Positions 51,775-61,750 of a stretch of 64,000 nt of DNA are shown piece by piece (the first letter of the stretch is position 1; each line of letters opens with the position of its first letter). The notes beneath the pieces are model-generated. The model made no database searches. It saw nothing but the letters and a program-made list of their open reading frames with translations, and was not told where the DNA came from. Origin of the DNA: an uncultured virus (IMG/VR IMGVR_UViG_3300035675_000007). Taxonomy: Duplodnaviria; Heunggongvirae; Uroviricota; Caudoviricetes. A program made the position numbers and the translations under genes. The DNA is taken from IMG/VR virus record IMGVR_UViG_3300035675_000007. One strand, given 5' to 3'.

Positions 51775-52028
51775 TGTCCCAGGAGAAGATCTATCTGACC
51801 CCCATTCGCAGGGGCGCAAACGGCATTCCCAATACCCGCGGCCGGATGATGGTGGTGCGTGAGCACTTCGTGCCCATCGGCCGCGTCAGCATCGGCAACA
51901 GGGGCGGTCCGGCGAGTGGTGTCCGGCCCGTCATCGACGCCGTCGATTACGCCTACCAACTCGGTCGCAACGGCTCGATGAAGCCGATCCGCCAGCGAGG
52001 GCACAAGCGCAACAAGGAGATGAAGTAG
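51774..52028 (+). CDS. Hypothetical basic protein
   Basis: GAGGAG RBS; TGATG coupling. Confidence 0.55.
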   Translation: MSQEKIYLTPIRRGANGIPNTRGRMMVVREHFVPIGRVSIGNRGGPASGVRPVIDAVDYAYQLGRNGSMKPIRQRGHKRNKEMK

Positions 52029-52331
52029 ATGGGATACATCAAGGTCTACAAGAAGGCGACCGATCGGGTCGAGCACGAGGTCGCTGGGAAGAAGCGGAAG
52101 TACCGCAGCTCGCGCCTGGGAGCCTATCTGTTCGAGATCGAGGCCGGCATCGACGAGTCAGCGTACAGGCCGAGGGCCATTGCCATCGCCCTCCACTCTT
52201 GCCAGACCCGTAACCACGGCGGGATGGAAAGCGGGTCGGGGATGACGGCACGACTATTGCTGCCTCACGCCAAGCAGCTCGTCGTGGCTCTGCTCGAAGC
52301 AATCAGGGAAGCCGAGAGGGAGGTGTCCTGA
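52029..52331 (+). CDS. Hypothetical protein
   Basis: AAGGAG RBS. Confidence 0.55.
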   Translation: MGYIKVYKKATDRVEHEVAGKKRKYRSSRLGAYLFEIEAGIDESAYRPRAIAIALHSCQTRNHGGMESGSGMTARLLLPHAKQLVVALLEAIREAEREVS

Positions 52332-52546
52332 TGCCGAAGCTCAACGATGACGACAAGGACAGGTGCAGGTGCACGCTGTTCCACACCTACCCGTTCCACG
52401 AGGGCAACCATCGCTGTGGCGCTCGAAGGGATACGGAGGTCAGCAACCTCTACTGCACCGAGTGCGAGATGACGCACGGCAAGCGCTCTAGACAGGAGGC
52501 CAAGAAGGTTGGAACTGCAGCAAACCGTCAGGCAACAGGTGCTTGA
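52331..52546 (+). CDS. Hypothetical Cys/His-rich protein
   Basis: GGAGGTG RBS. Confidence 0.5.
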   Translation: MPKLNDDDKDRCRCTLFHTYPFHEGNHRCGARRDTEVSNLYCTECEMTHGKRSRQEAKKVGTAANRQATGA

Positions 52547-52811
52547 CATCCTCGGACAGGCGCCGGCCACGTGGCTGGACGTGCCGCCTAACAAACCGAA
52601 GGAGGAACCGCCCCCTGGGCCTAGCAATGACTGGACATGGGAGCACTACAAGGAGTATTGGGGTCAACTGCCCCCACTCGAACCACCCGAGAACCACGCC
52701 TTCCTGATTCTCCTCAAGCATCCGAACGTGGAGAAGGAATATGCCGATGCGGCAGACCAGGTCCTCAAGGCCTACATGAAGGAGAACGAACCGTGGACAT
52801 CAAGAGCGTAA
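52509..52811 (+). CDS. Hypothetical protein
   Basis: 100 aa, TTG start, protein-like composition. Confidence 0.45.
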   Translation: MELQQTVRQQVLDILGQAPATWLDVPPNKPKEEPPPGPSNDWTWEHYKEYWGQLPPLEPPENHAFLILLKHPNVEKEYADAADQVLKAYMKENEPWTSRA

Positions 52812-53002
52812 CCGTGGCGACGCCGCGGGTCCCGACCGAACCGCCCGAGTACCCAAAGGTCACTCTGTATGACAACGGGACTCGCGTCATCGACCTCTGT
52901 CCAAGCCCAGCCAAGATCACAAGCCAGGCTCTCGCGCACGGTGTCGTCCTGATCTGGAGTGGATCGGGGCGTCTCGTGTCCATCGTCGCTGATCCCGTCT
53001 GA
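52793..53002 (+). CDS. Hypothetical protein
   Basis: AAGGAG RBS, GTG start. Confidence 0.45.
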   Translation: MDIKSVTVATPRVPTEPPEYPKVTLYDNGTRVIDLCPSPAKITSQALAHGVVLIWSGSGRLVSIVADPV

Positions 53003-53016
53003 AGCAGGAGGCGAAC

Positions 53017-54102
53017 ATGACAACCAAGGTCTACATCGCAGGCTCCGATCCCGAGGTCGAGGAGATCTTCTCGAACGCCAAGAAGATCATCGAGGAGGCG
53101 GGGCACAGCTTCGAAGACGAGGCGCTTCGGCTCACCATCGCCGAGGCCCTCGGCAAGGCACAGGCCGACACGACAGAGGCCGGCACCAAAAAGGCGACCG
53201 TCAGCGACGGTGGCGATCTCGTCATCGCCGGCGCACCGACCACCAAGCGTCGGGCCAAGCCCGGCCAGAAATACTGGTACGACAAGGAGGGTGATCGCCA
53301 GTTCCTCGACTGGTACATCCTCGGCCGTCGCAATGGCACCGTCGAGGGGGCCCTGATCGTCGTCGGTCCGTCCGGCACCGGCAAGACCGAGGGCATCATC
53401 CAGGCGTGCGAGCGGCTGGACGTGCCGCTCTACATCGTCAACTGCGCCTCGATCACCACGATCGAGAAGTGGGTCGGCCACAAAGAGATCGACCACACGG
53501 GCACGCACTTCGTCCTGTCCGAGCCGATGCGCTGGATCGAGGCGAAGGACCCCGACTGCCCGCCAGGAGTCGTGCTGCTCGACGAGGGCACCCGGCTTCA
53601 TCCGACCTTCCACAACATCACCTTCCCGCTGCTTGACGGCCAGCAGCGGATCTTCATCCCCGAGATGCACGGCTATCTCGAAGTCCATCCGCAGACAGCG
53701 TTCATCATGACGGCCAACATCGGCGGCAAGTACACCGGCACGTTCACCATGGACGAAGCCATGCGTGAACGGTTCGGCTACACCGTCGAACGGGAATGGC
53801 CCCCGGCTGCCGAGGAAGCCAAGATCCTCTCCTCGCTCTACCCGACGATCGAGGAAGAGAAGATCAAGCTGATGGTCCAGATCGCCAACCGCTCCCGGCA
53901 GATGTGGGTGAAGCAGGACCTGAGCCGACCGATCTCGACTCGCATCCTGATCTTCGCCTGCCGCCTCGTCCGGGATGGCGCGTCGATCGCCCGCGCCTTC
54001 GAGCTGACGGCTGTCCCCCTGTATTCGCAGGATGGTGGCCAGCAGTCGGAGCGCGGCCTGATCAAGGGCATCATCAGCGGCAAGGGCGGGGAGGGTGCGT
54101 GA
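53017..54102 (+). CDS. MoxR-family AAA+ ATPase (AAA_5/CbbQ-NirQ-like)
   Basis: Walker A GPSGTGKT, Walker B VLLDE, TAN, DEAMRERF, ISTR. Confidence 0.92.
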   Translation: MTTKVYIAGSDPEVEEIFSNAKKIIEEAGHSFEDEALRLTIAEALGKAQADTTEAGTKKATVSDGGDLVIAGAPTTKRRAKPGQKYWYDKEGDRQFLDWYILGRRNGTVEGALIVVGPSGTGKTEGIIQACERLDVPLYIVNCASITTIEKWVGHKEIDHTGTHFVLSEPMRWIEAKDPDCPPGVVLLDEGTRLHPTFHNITFPLLDGQQRIFIPEMHGYLEVHPQTAFIMTANIGGKYTGTFTMDEAMRERFGYTVEREWPPAAEEAKILSSLYPTIEEEKIKLMVQIANRSRQMWVKQDLSRPISTRILIFACRLVRDGASIARAFELTAVPLYSQDGGQQSERGLIKGIISGKGGEGA

Positions 54103-54401
54103 TCCTTCGCAGTCAATCCGCGATCGCATTCTGCACTTGCCGCTTCGAGCACCTGACAGCAGATCGGGTTCACATCGGCCTGATCTTCCATTGCCATGCC
54201 GATGACGCCAAGAAGTTCTCGCGACACCTTGTCGTCTTCGTCGACGAGAAGGACGCGTACACGGTGCTCATCCCAGGGGGATACGACTATCCGAGCTTTG
54301 GTTCATCGTGGAATCGGATGGTATTCCCCAGACTGAGCGTAGCCGCTGGCTGCAACACCCACATCTTCAGCATCGAAGGAGGGGCCGATGAAGGTCAGTA
54401 A
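54099..54401 (+). CDS. Hypothetical protein
   Basis: GTGA-coupled to the ATPase. Confidence 0.5.
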   Translation: MILRSQSAIAFCTCRFEHLTADRVHIGLIFHCHADDAKKFSRHLVVFVDEKDAYTVLIPGGYDYPSFGSSWNRMVFPRLSVAAGCNTHIFSIEGGADEGQ

Positions 54402-56556
54402 GCGCCTGGGCCGCTACGTCAAGCGGATTCCAGCAACGGTCAGCGAACCGAAGCCTGAGCCGATCAGGGCGGTATCGCCAAAGGAGATGAAGCCGGCCAC
54501 CAAGCCGGCCTACTCGTGGACACCGGGCTACAAGACCGGTGACTACGTCTTCTCGATGCGGTCCAAGAAAGAATACTGGCTCACATCGAAGGAGCTGCAG
54601 GAATACGACGCCGCCCTCAACCGGATCGAAGATGACGAGGCCTTCGAGGACTGGTTCGAGGAGTGGCTCAAGGCTCACCCGTACGTCAAGCCCAAGGACT
54701 ACTACCAGTCCAAGCCCTATGACTGGGGCAAGACTGGTGGCGGGAAGGGCCTATCCAGCTGGTGGAGATCGGACCTCTACACATCCTGGGGAGGCGCGTG
54801 GGGCACGGGCACGGATGAGCGGCGGCTCGCCGAGGTCATGCAGGTCGTCGCGTCCACGATCAAGATCGTCGATGACAACGATCCTCCTTCGGTCGTGCAA
54901 TGGGCGGCGAAGGACGCAACCTCGTCCACCAACCTCAACGCCAACATCATCTCGATCAGCCCCGAGGCAGCGCTCGACAAGTCGCTGACCATCGAGGATG
55001 CGATCGACATCTCGACCTCCCACGCCCTCCACGAGGCGGGGCATGACAACCCGGAATACGGGACGCGCACCATCGTCCACCAGCTGGAGAAGCCGGACCG
55101 GCTCAAGCCGCTCGCCGTCGTCGCCACGCTGGCCAACATCATCGAGGACAACCGCACCGAGCGGATCACCGGCAAGGAGAAGTATCCGGGCTTCGACCCT
55201 TACTTCCCCAAGGGCAAGGCAGATCTGTGGAAGCGCCGCAAGGCAGAGTTCAATCCCGAGAAGTGGGGCGACATCTACGAGTGCCTCAACGCCCTGATCA
55301 TTCACCTCCGCTGGCCAGAGCACAGCCCGGAGATCCTCTCCGATCCGTCCTTCACCGCGGAGCTTCCGTGGTGGGAAGAATGGGAGCGCAAGTACCAGGG
55401 CGGTGAGGTCGGCTTCCGCCAAACCATCATCGACGGGCTCGATCGTCTCGCCAACGACGAGGAACGCAAGAAGGAGATGGAGCAGATCGCCGATGGCGAG
55501 AAGGCAGACGATCTGGCGCGGCGTAAGCTTGAGGAGGCCCTCGATCGAGCCCTTGAGCGGGTCGCGGACAAGGTCGCGCAGTCCTGCTGGTCCGAGACCG
55601 AATACGACAAGAAGCTGAGTTCAGAGGTAGCCGAACGAGTCAAGAAGCTCGTCAAGGAGAAGCTGCACCAGTCGGCAATCCTCACCGAGTGCGGCAGCAC
55701 CAAGCCGAAGCTGTGGGTCCGCAAGCCGATCGAGTACCCGTCCTCGATCAAGGCGTACACCGGCAAGCCCTCCCCGCTGGTCGACCGCTACAAGGCAGCC
55801 CTCCAGTTCAGGCCGGAGCTTCCTCGCTTCTCGACCCGGCTGCTGAAGTCCGGTGACATCGACGAGGAAGAGCTGTGGCGCTGGGGTATCCAGGACTACC
55901 GGGTCTTCGAGCGCCAGAACATCGAGACCTACCCGAAGGCGATCGTCGGGCTGCTCGTCGACATGAGCGGTTCGATGGAGCACTCCATCCGGTGGGAGAA
56001 CGACTACAAGACCAAGGTCTGGGTCGCGCAGCAGCTGACCCAGCTGTTCGTACTCGCCCTTCGGGACATGGAGGGCATCAGGCCGTATGTCTACGGGCAC
56101 ACGGGTGACCTCAACCTGAACGCGACAGAGACCTCGGCAGCCGACTTCATGTACATCTGGGAGCCGGGCGATCCGCTCACTCGGATCGGCCTGATCACCG
56201 CCGAGGACCATGGCAACAACTACGACGGGTTCGCAATCGACTGGGCGGTTGACCAGTTGCTCGCCAACAGGATCGAGCAGGACGAGAGCGTCATCCTGAT
56301 CGTCCTGTCAGACGGCTATCCGGCCGGCCACAACTACGGCGACGAGATGGCCATGCAACACGTCCACCGGGTCGTCGATGGTGCCGAGAAGCGGGGAGTC
56401 CCCATTCTGCAGGTCGCCATTGACCACGCCCTTCGCCCCGCAGCGCAGGGGAAGATGTATCGCTATTGGGTCCCGTTCAGGTCTGCGTCCGAGCTTCCTC
56501 GCCAGATGGCGACCGAGCTGTCGCGGATGCTGAACACCAAGTACGTAGGTGGGTGA
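54388..56556 (+). CDS. VWA-domain protein with HExxH metallopeptidase-like domain (MoxR partner)
   Basis: HALHEAGH...NIIED.R.E; MIDAS LLVDMSGSM, NYDG, LIVLSDG.P. Confidence 0.88.
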   Translation: MKVSKRLGRYVKRIPATVSEPKPEPIRAVSPKEMKPATKPAYSWTPGYKTGDYVFSMRSKKEYWLTSKELQEYDAALNRIEDDEAFEDWFEEWLKAHPYVKPKDYYQSKPYDWGKTGGGKGLSSWWRSDLYTSWGGAWGTGTDERRLAEVMQVVASTIKIVDDNDPPSVVQWAAKDATSSTNLNANIISISPEAALDKSLTIEDAIDISTSHALHEAGHDNPEYGTRTIVHQLEKPDRLKPLAVVATLANIIEDNRTERITGKEKYPGFDPYFPKGKADLWKRRKAEFNPEKWGDIYECLNALIIHLRWPEHSPEILSDPSFTAELPWWEEWERKYQGGEVGFRQTIIDGLDRLANDEERKKEMEQIADGEKADDLARRKLEEALDRALERVADKVAQSCWSETEYDKKLSSEVAERVKKLVKEKLHQSAILTECGSTKPKLWVRKPIEYPSSIKAYTGKPSPLVDRYKAALQFRPELPRFSTRLLKSGDIDEEELWRWGIQDYRVFERQNIETYPKAIVGLLVDMSGSMEHSIRWENDYKTKVWVAQQLTQLFVLALRDMEGIRPYVYGHTGDLNLNATETSAADFMYIWEPGDPLTRIGLITAEDHGNNYDGFAIDWAVDQLLANRIEQDESVILIVLSDGYPAGHNYGDEMAMQHVHRVVDGAEKRGVPILQVAIDHALRPAAQGKMYRYWVPFRSASELPRQMATELSRMLNTKYVGG

Positions 56557-56843
56557 TGCTGTTCCACCACTCTGTAGGCAACAGAATCTGGATGCTCGAC
56601 CGCTCGCGGCATCCGTGCGATAAAGGCATGAAGAAGTCCCCGCCATCCATTCTCCATCCCGGGGAGATCCTCCACAGCGAGTTCTGTGAGGTGGAGATCC
56701 TGGTGATCGGGGACACCCCGACCGAAACCGGATATCCCGCATTGGCCTTCCCGTCGTTCGAGAGCGGCCCGAAGTATTACACGGTGCTTCCGAGCGACAT
56801 GCACCACATCGCCGTGGTGCCGTTGAGGCACGTGCTGAAATGA
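56556..56843 (+). CDS. Hypothetical protein
   Basis: Coupled to the VWA gene stop. Confidence 0.5.
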   Translation: MLFHHSVGNRIWMLDRSRHPCDKGMKKSPPSILHPGEILHSEFCEVEILVIGDTPTETGYPALAFPSFESGPKYYTVLPSDMHHIAVVPLRHVLK

Positions 56844-57136
56844 AAATCTGCACCAACAGGTACTCGGTCCCGTATCCGGTCACTCCGACTGGGACTGTCG
56901 TCCACGACAATGACGATTGCAGGGACCAGTACGTCGTCATCTCAGACCCGCTCCCGGACAACGACACGAGAGCATGGGATGGTGAGAGAGGAATCAACCT
57001 GACGCGCTACGCGCTGCTCTATATACGCGAAGAACTCAGGGTAGTGATAGCTGATTCTGTCCATTGGAGACACATGCATCTGGCAGACATCCAGGATGCG
57101 ATGCACTACCTCCATGCCCAAAAGGAGGAAGAGTGA
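56840..57136 (+). CDS. Hypothetical protein
   Basis: ATGA-coupled. Confidence 0.5.
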   Translation: MKICTNRYSVPYPVTPTGTVVHDNDDCRDQYVVISDPLPDNDTRAWDGERGINLTRYALLYIREELRVVIADSVHWRHMHLADIQDAMHYLHAQKEEE

Positions 57137-57594
57137 TCATCAAGGAGAATGTGCGGATCGTCCAGGAAGTTGTGGGAGATGGGACGGTCTACGAGTCGAC
57201 GGACTCGATTGGAGAAGATCTCGCCGCGATGGGCCTGTCCAACTCCGTGCAGGAGGAGGTCTGGGTCATCACCATCGACGGCGGCAGGATGGTCAGGCGC
57301 TACTACTCGGTGGCCAAGGGCAACTACCACGACTGTGACGTGTCCCTGCCGGCGATCCTCTCGCCGGTGTTCCTCTCGGCAACTGACCGGTTCGTGGTCG
57401 CCCACAACCACCCGAGCGGGGCGCTTGAGCCAACCCAGCAGGACTTCAACATGACATGGAGGATCGCTGAGGCGGCGGATCTGCTCGATCTCATCTTCGA
57501 GGATCACCTGATCGTCGCCCCAGGTGGTCGCTGGTATTCGATGCGCGGCCATCGCCAGATGCGCGCGCCTCGCTCGAAGAAGGTGGCGGAATGA
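57133..57594 (+). CDS. RadC-like JAB domain protein
   Basis: QEEVWV, AHNHPSG..EPTQQD...T, DHLIV; AAGGAGG RBS. Confidence 0.88.
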   Translation: MIIKENVRIVQEVVGDGTVYESTDSIGEDLAAMGLSNSVQEEVWVITIDGGRMVRRYYSVAKGNYHDCDVSLPAILSPVFLSATDRFVVAHNHPSGALEPTQQDFNMTWRIAEAADLLDLIFEDHLIVAPGGRWYSMRGHRQMRAPRSKKVAE

Positions 57595-57866
57595 ATCTCA
57601 CCGTCACGAAGGCAGCACGGGGAAGGAGGTATGAGTTCATCGTGAACTCCTATCACCCGGTAGGATCAGAGCACAAGATCTTCCACACGGGGATCACCAG
57701 GAGGGATGGGTTTCGCTCCCAATACCTCGTCATTGTCACAGAGGGACCGAATACCACCTCGGTTCCCGCGGGCTTGTGGAGCCGCATCCGGAACCTGCTC
57801 CATGCCCGCGTCGGCTGGCTCTCCTCGTACGATCTGAAGAACTACTATCGGAGGCTGGACCCGTGA
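57591..57866 (+). CDS. Hypothetical protein
   Basis: ATGA-coupled. Confidence 0.5.
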   Translation: MNLTVTKAARGRRYEFIVNSYHPVGSEHKIFHTGITRRDGFRSQYLVIVTEGPNTTSVPAGLWSRIRNLLHARVGWLSSYDLKNYYRRLDP

Positions 57867-58159
57867 TCAGGAGGATGAAAGCGGCGCGCAACAAACGGTG
57901 GGTGCTGCAGCCCTGGTATACGATGTCAAGGGCGTACGAAGACCTTCCGAAGCACTCGGTCATCGACACCGGGATCGTGGTGGATCGGAAATACTACAAG
58001 GAGCCGAACCACCTCTTTGTCGTGAAACTCGAAGAGCCGATGCTGAAGCCGTACGAGGGGAACAACTACTTCTTCCGGCCGGTGCTGACGGAACGCGTCT
58101 TCCTGCAGACGATCAGAGATCTCAGGCAACACTACGTGCCAGAAAGGGAGGCCACGTGA
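57863..58159 (+). CDS. Hypothetical protein
   Basis: GGAGG RBS; GTGA-coupled. Confidence 0.5.
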   Translation: MIRRMKAARNKRWVLQPWYTMSRAYEDLPKHSVIDTGIVVDRKYYKEPNHLFVVKLEEPMLKPYEGNNYFFRPVLTERVFLQTIRDLRQHYVPEREAT

Positions 58160-58416
58160 GCAGGTACATCGATCCAACGGCCTATCGCTATGCCTTGGTG
58201 CACGATGAGTACGAGGATCTGGACCTGCTCGATTACTTTTCGGTCGATGACGACTATCGTTTCGAGGACTGGGCCTTGGTTCGCATCAACCATGTCTGGA
58301 GGACCAATACTGGACAACTGGTTACCGGTGTGCGTATAATCAAGGAGTCGCCGACGGTAAGGGACATCAGGAGGCTGGCTCGCGCCAGGCTGGGCGCGCA
58401 ACAGTTGGAGCCGTGA
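58156..58416 (+). CDS. Hypothetical protein
   Basis: GGAGG RBS; GTGA-coupled. Confidence 0.5.
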   Translation: MSRYIDPTAYRYALVHDEYEDLDLLDYFSVDDDYRFEDWALVRINHVWRTNTGQLVTGVRIIKESPTVRDIRRLARARLGAQQLEP

Positions 58417-58877
58417 ACTACCCCGATCTGGCCAAGCACTATGGCATTCCCATGTGTGGGATTGCCGGCCACGGCGGTCCGTGCGGCTCTGTCTCTTCGC
58501 ACATGCGGGGTAGGATGGAGTTCAGCCCAAGTAGGGGACGTTTCATCCATTGGATAGATCGTGAAGTGACGAAGCCGGGCCTGCTTCGCTTCCTGACCAT
58601 AGTCGCCGACGTCTTCGTCGGTGACGATCGAGCAGTCGCGTTCCCTCCCGGCACCCCCCTGACAATGCGGAAGCCGCCCATCACTCCGTGGTGGACCGCC
58701 TACGCCATCAGGGGTATGTGGGTCGAGATGGAAATGTCGAGGATTGGATACCCCTGTAACGCGGAGGACATGGCCTCTGAACGGAGAATGGTTCACATGT
58801 ATCTCATGACCAGGAGTGACAACATCCGCCTTCTTCATCCAGGCTGGGAGGCCTGGGCCACTAGAGGAGTTCCGTGA
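58413..58877 (+). CDS. Hypothetical protein
   Basis: GGAG RBS; GTGA-coupled. Confidence 0.55.
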   Translation: MNYPDLAKHYGIPMCGIAGHGGPCGSVSSHMRGRMEFSPSRGRFIHWIDREVTKPGLLRFLTIVADVFVGDDRAVAFPPGTPLTMRKPPITPWWTAYAIRGMWVEMEMSRIGYPCNAEDMASERRMVHMYLMTRSDNIRLLHPGWEAWATRGVP

Positions 58878-58878
58878 C

Positions 58879-59688
58879 ATGCGTAAGCCGTCTATCTCGA
58901 CACTCGCCGCACAAGAGAAGTCCCGAAAGGCCATTCACGGGATGTATCAGCTCCTCGCCCCGGTTGGGCAGGAGTCGACGGAAAGCGTCAACTACAAGAG
59001 TCTCGCAGCGGCGATCGGCGTCGAGCCGTACCTGCTCCAGCGGATCATCACCCTGCTGGCCAAGAAGGGCGCGCTCGTGCGTCGTTACCGAGGGCATGTC
59101 GGCCAGCCCAGCGCCGGCAAGTCCAGCTACTGGACGCTCACCGTCCCAGAGGAGGAAGCCGTCAAGATCATGATCTCGGACTGGAAGAACCTCTACCAGC
59201 CAACCCCCAAGCCGAAGGAAACCCCGGCGAAGGAGATCGCAGCCGACGCTGTCGTCGTCGCCGATGAGCGCTCGCCGGAAGAGGTCCGTGCCATCGCCGG
59301 ACCGGAGAACAAGAACGAGCCGTTCGAGGTTCTCCGCCATCTGCGTCGTGACGAATCCGCAGCGCAAGTGGAAGCCGTGCGCCAGTACATCGATCGGGCT
59401 GCATTCCTCGATCAGAAGCTGGACGAGCTGGCCAAGGCGGGGATCACCGTGAACCGCGCAGCCATCGTGTTCGAGCGCGACGAGCGCCTCGAAACGCTGG
59501 CCCTCCTCCTGCCCTACATCAACAACCTGGAGGGTCGGATCACCGTCATGCAGGAGACGATCGAGTCCCTGCAGAAGAAGGCCTCCGTGTCAACCGAGCT
59601 GGCACAGGAGAACCGCAAGCTGAAGGAGCAGAACCAGCGCCTCATCTCCGAGAAGGTCGGGCGCAGCATCGTGAGCGCCTCGGCATGA
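58879..59688 (+). CDS. Putative winged-helix plus coiled-coil protein
   Basis: YKSLAAAIGVEPYLLQRIITLLAKKGALVR (wHTH-like); C-terminal heptads; GAGGAG RBS. Confidence 0.65.
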   Translation: MRKPSISTLAAQEKSRKAIHGMYQLLAPVGQESTESVNYKSLAAAIGVEPYLLQRIITLLAKKGALVRRYRGHVGQPSAGKSSYWTLTVPEEEAVKIMISDWKNLYQPTPKPKETPAKEIAADAVVVADERSPEEVRAIAGPENKNEPFEVLRHLRRDESAAQVEAVRQYIDRAAFLDQKLDELAKAGITVNRAAIVFERDERLETLALLLPYINNLEGRITVMQETIESLQKKASVSTELAQENRKLKEQNQRLISEKVGRSIVSASA

Positions 59689-59855
59689 ACGAGGACAAGG
59701 ACTACAACGAAGCGGCGGCTGCGAAGCTCGCCGAACAGTGGACGGCGATGTGGGCGGTGATGGTGAGGGGAGGCCTCCCGCCCAAGGATGCCACCCGCGT
59801 CCTGCGGACCTACATCAAAGCCACCTTCGGGCATATGGACTGGAGGCCCAAGTGA
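59685..59855 (+). CDS. Hypothetical protein (56 aa)
   Basis: Coupled at both ends (ATGA, GTGA). Confidence 0.5.
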   Translation: MNEDKDYNEAAAAKLAEQWTAMWAVMVRGGLPPKDATRVLRTYIKATFGHMDWRPK

Positions 59856-60634
59856 CGCCACCCGTTGTGCTCTCGGCATCATCGGTAGCGACCTACCTGC
59901 GATGCGGCCAGCAGTGGTACTACGCCTACATCATGAACTACAAGGAACCGCCCAACCTCAAGAAGGTGGTGGGCATCGCGACCCACCGGGCGGTCGAGCT
60001 GAACATGGAGCAGAAGATCACCACCAAGGTCGATCTTCCGACCGAGCAGGTCCTCGACGCGTTCGCCGACGCGTTCGACAAGGAGTCCGAGGACGTCGAA
60101 CCCGATGAGCGGGAGAGCCCCGGCGAGGCGAAGGACTCCGGGATCGCGATCACCCGCCTCTATCACGAGACGGTCGGTCCTCCGATCCAGCCGTACTGGG
60201 TGGAGCGGCAGGTGCAGTACGCGGTCGATGGGGTGCCGTTCACCGGCATCCTCGATCTCGTCGAGGAGCGCACCGATCCCGTCATGGGCAGCCAGCACTT
60301 CGTTCTGCGGGACGTGAAGACCACGGCGCAGACGCCTTCACGCCAGCGGTACGCCATCCAGATGACCGGCTATGCCGTCGCCGTCAAGCACGAGACGGGC
60401 CAGGACAGTGCCGATGTCATCCTCGACTTCCTCGTGCGAACGAAGCTTCCCAAGTACGTCCCCCTCTACGCCGACGTCACCAAGAACACGATCCGCCAGT
60501 TCAGCGACGTCGTGGGACAGGTGATGAATGGCATCAACGCAGGCAACTTCCCACCGAACGGGCTGGTCGGCACGGCCTGCTCGTGGTGTGGCTACCGAGA
60601 TATCTGTCCGGCATTCAAGGAGTTCAGCAAGTGA
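59852..60634 (+). CDS. RecB/Cas4-like PD-(D/E)XK exonuclease with 4-Cys Fe-S motif
   Basis: LSASS..YLRC, G...H, GILDLV, DVKT, QMTGY, CSWCGYRDIC. Confidence 0.88.
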   Translation: MTPPVVLSASSVATYLRCGQQWYYAYIMNYKEPPNLKKVVGIATHRAVELNMEQKITTKVDLPTEQVLDAFADAFDKESEDVEPDERESPGEAKDSGIAITRLYHETVGPPIQPYWVERQVQYAVDGVPFTGILDLVEERTDPVMGSQHFVLRDVKTTAQTPSRQRYAIQMTGYAVAVKHETGQDSADVILDFLVRTKLPKYVPLYADVTKNTIRQFSDVVGQVMNGINAGNFPPNGLVGTACSWCGYRDICPAFKEFSK

Positions 60635-60957
60635 GCGACGTGAACGTGGCGGTCGTGAGTGGATCGCTGGAGAAGGACCCGGTCATCAGCTCGACCAACA
60701 CCGGCATCGAGATGGCCAACTTCTCGCTCGTCTGCACCGAGGAGTACCAGGGAAAGACGAAGGAGATCCTCGTCAAGTGCATGGCGTGGGGCGACACCGC
60801 CACGGCCGTGGCGGAGCTTCATCAAGGCGACCTCATCGTCGTGCAGGGGAAGCTGAATGGGAAGCGGAGCGAGAAGTCCGGCTACATCTCCATGGAGCTG
60901 ACGGTCTCGCGCTTCATCGTCCCCTTCCAGCTGGGGGCGGGGCCGCTCTTCCAGTGA
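60631..60957 (+). CDS. ssb: Single-stranded DNA-binding protein (OB fold, no acidic tail)
   Basis: NVAVVSGSLEKDP...ANFSL...AWGDTA...GDLIVVQGKL. Confidence 0.85.
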   Translation: MSDVNVAVVSGSLEKDPVISSTNTGIEMANFSLVCTEEYQGKTKEILVKCMAWGDTATAVAELHQGDLIVVQGKLNGKRSEKSGYISMELTVSRFIVPFQLGAGPLFQ

Positions 60958-60967
60958 GGACGGAGTA

Positions 60968-61474
60968 ATGCACTTCAGCGTTCTCGTGATGACCCGACAG
61001 GGTCTCGACGGCCAGATAGCTCGACAGCTCGACAAATTCGACGAGAACGATCCGAGTTGCACCAACCCGAAGTGGGACTGGTGGGTCATCGGCGGTGGCT
61101 TCAGCGGCATGCTCGACGGCTACGATCCAAGAACTAATCCGAAGAACTACAAGCCCTGTGCCTACTGCGAGGCGACGGGGATCACGACAGAGGCGGTCGC
61201 CGAGAAGCACCCCGCCTACAAGCCCCACGTCGGCAAGACGTGCATTCAATGCCTGGGAAGCGGCAAGAGGCTCGTTTCTCCATCTGAGCTGGAACCACAC
61301 GAGGGAGACCATCGGGCGGCGATCCTGGTCACCCGCGAGTCTCTCTCCTACGTGCCCTACGCGATCATCGACCTTGCTGGCCAATGGCATGAAATCGAGT
61401 CCAGCGAAGAGGTTGAGGAGATCATCCAGAACAACCTGGCCTCCGTCGTAAGCGTGGTTGACTGCCATGACTGA
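60968..61474 (+). CDS. Conserved phage-type hypothetical protein with CxxCxxxG zinc motifs
   Basis: NPKWDWWVIGG, CAYCEATG, CIQCLGSG, C-terminal VDCH. Confidence 0.65.
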   Translation: MHFSVLVMTRQGLDGQIARQLDKFDENDPSCTNPKWDWWVIGGGFSGMLDGYDPRTNPKNYKPCAYCEATGITTEAVAEKHPAYKPHVGKTCIQCLGSGKRLVSPSELEPHEGDHRAAILVTRESLSYVPYAIIDLAGQWHEIESSEEVEEIIQNNLASVVSVVDCHD

Positions 61475-61739
61475 CGAGTCGATCTTCCGTCCGTATGACC
61501 CGCCCACCCAACAGGAACGTCTGCTGGAGCTACTCATCGAGTCGTTCCCAGAGGGCCTGAGCGCGATGGAGATCCTCCGTCGCGGTGGGATCTACCGGGC
61601 TGCGGCAAGGGTGTCCGAGTTACGTAAGAGGGGCTGGCTCATCGAGACAAAGACCGAGCACGGCAAGACGGCGGTATATCGCCTGACGAGCCTGACCAAC
61701 ATCTACTGGAAGCCCGAGCAGAAGGATCTCGGGCTGTGA
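61467..61739 (+). CDS. Winged-helix DNA-binding protein (HTH_39-like)
   Basis: LSAME...GIYRAAARVSELRKRGWLIET...AVYRL. Confidence 0.8.
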   Translation: MTDESIFRPYDPPTQQERLLELLIESFPEGLSAMEILRRGGIYRAAARVSELRKRGWLIETKTEHGKTAVYRLTSLTNIYWKPEQKDLGL

Positions 61740-61750
61740 GGAGGACCGAC

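Noticed and set aside
53017..56556. CobS/CobT cobalamin-synthesis auxiliary genes
   Set aside because: Generic MoxR/VWA motifs only, with no cobN or other cobalamin genes; this is a common misannotation in phages.
59852..60634. Cas4 as evidence of a CRISPR-Cas system
   Set aside because: No other cas genes or array; the context (SSB, annealing protein) fits a phage recombination exonuclease.
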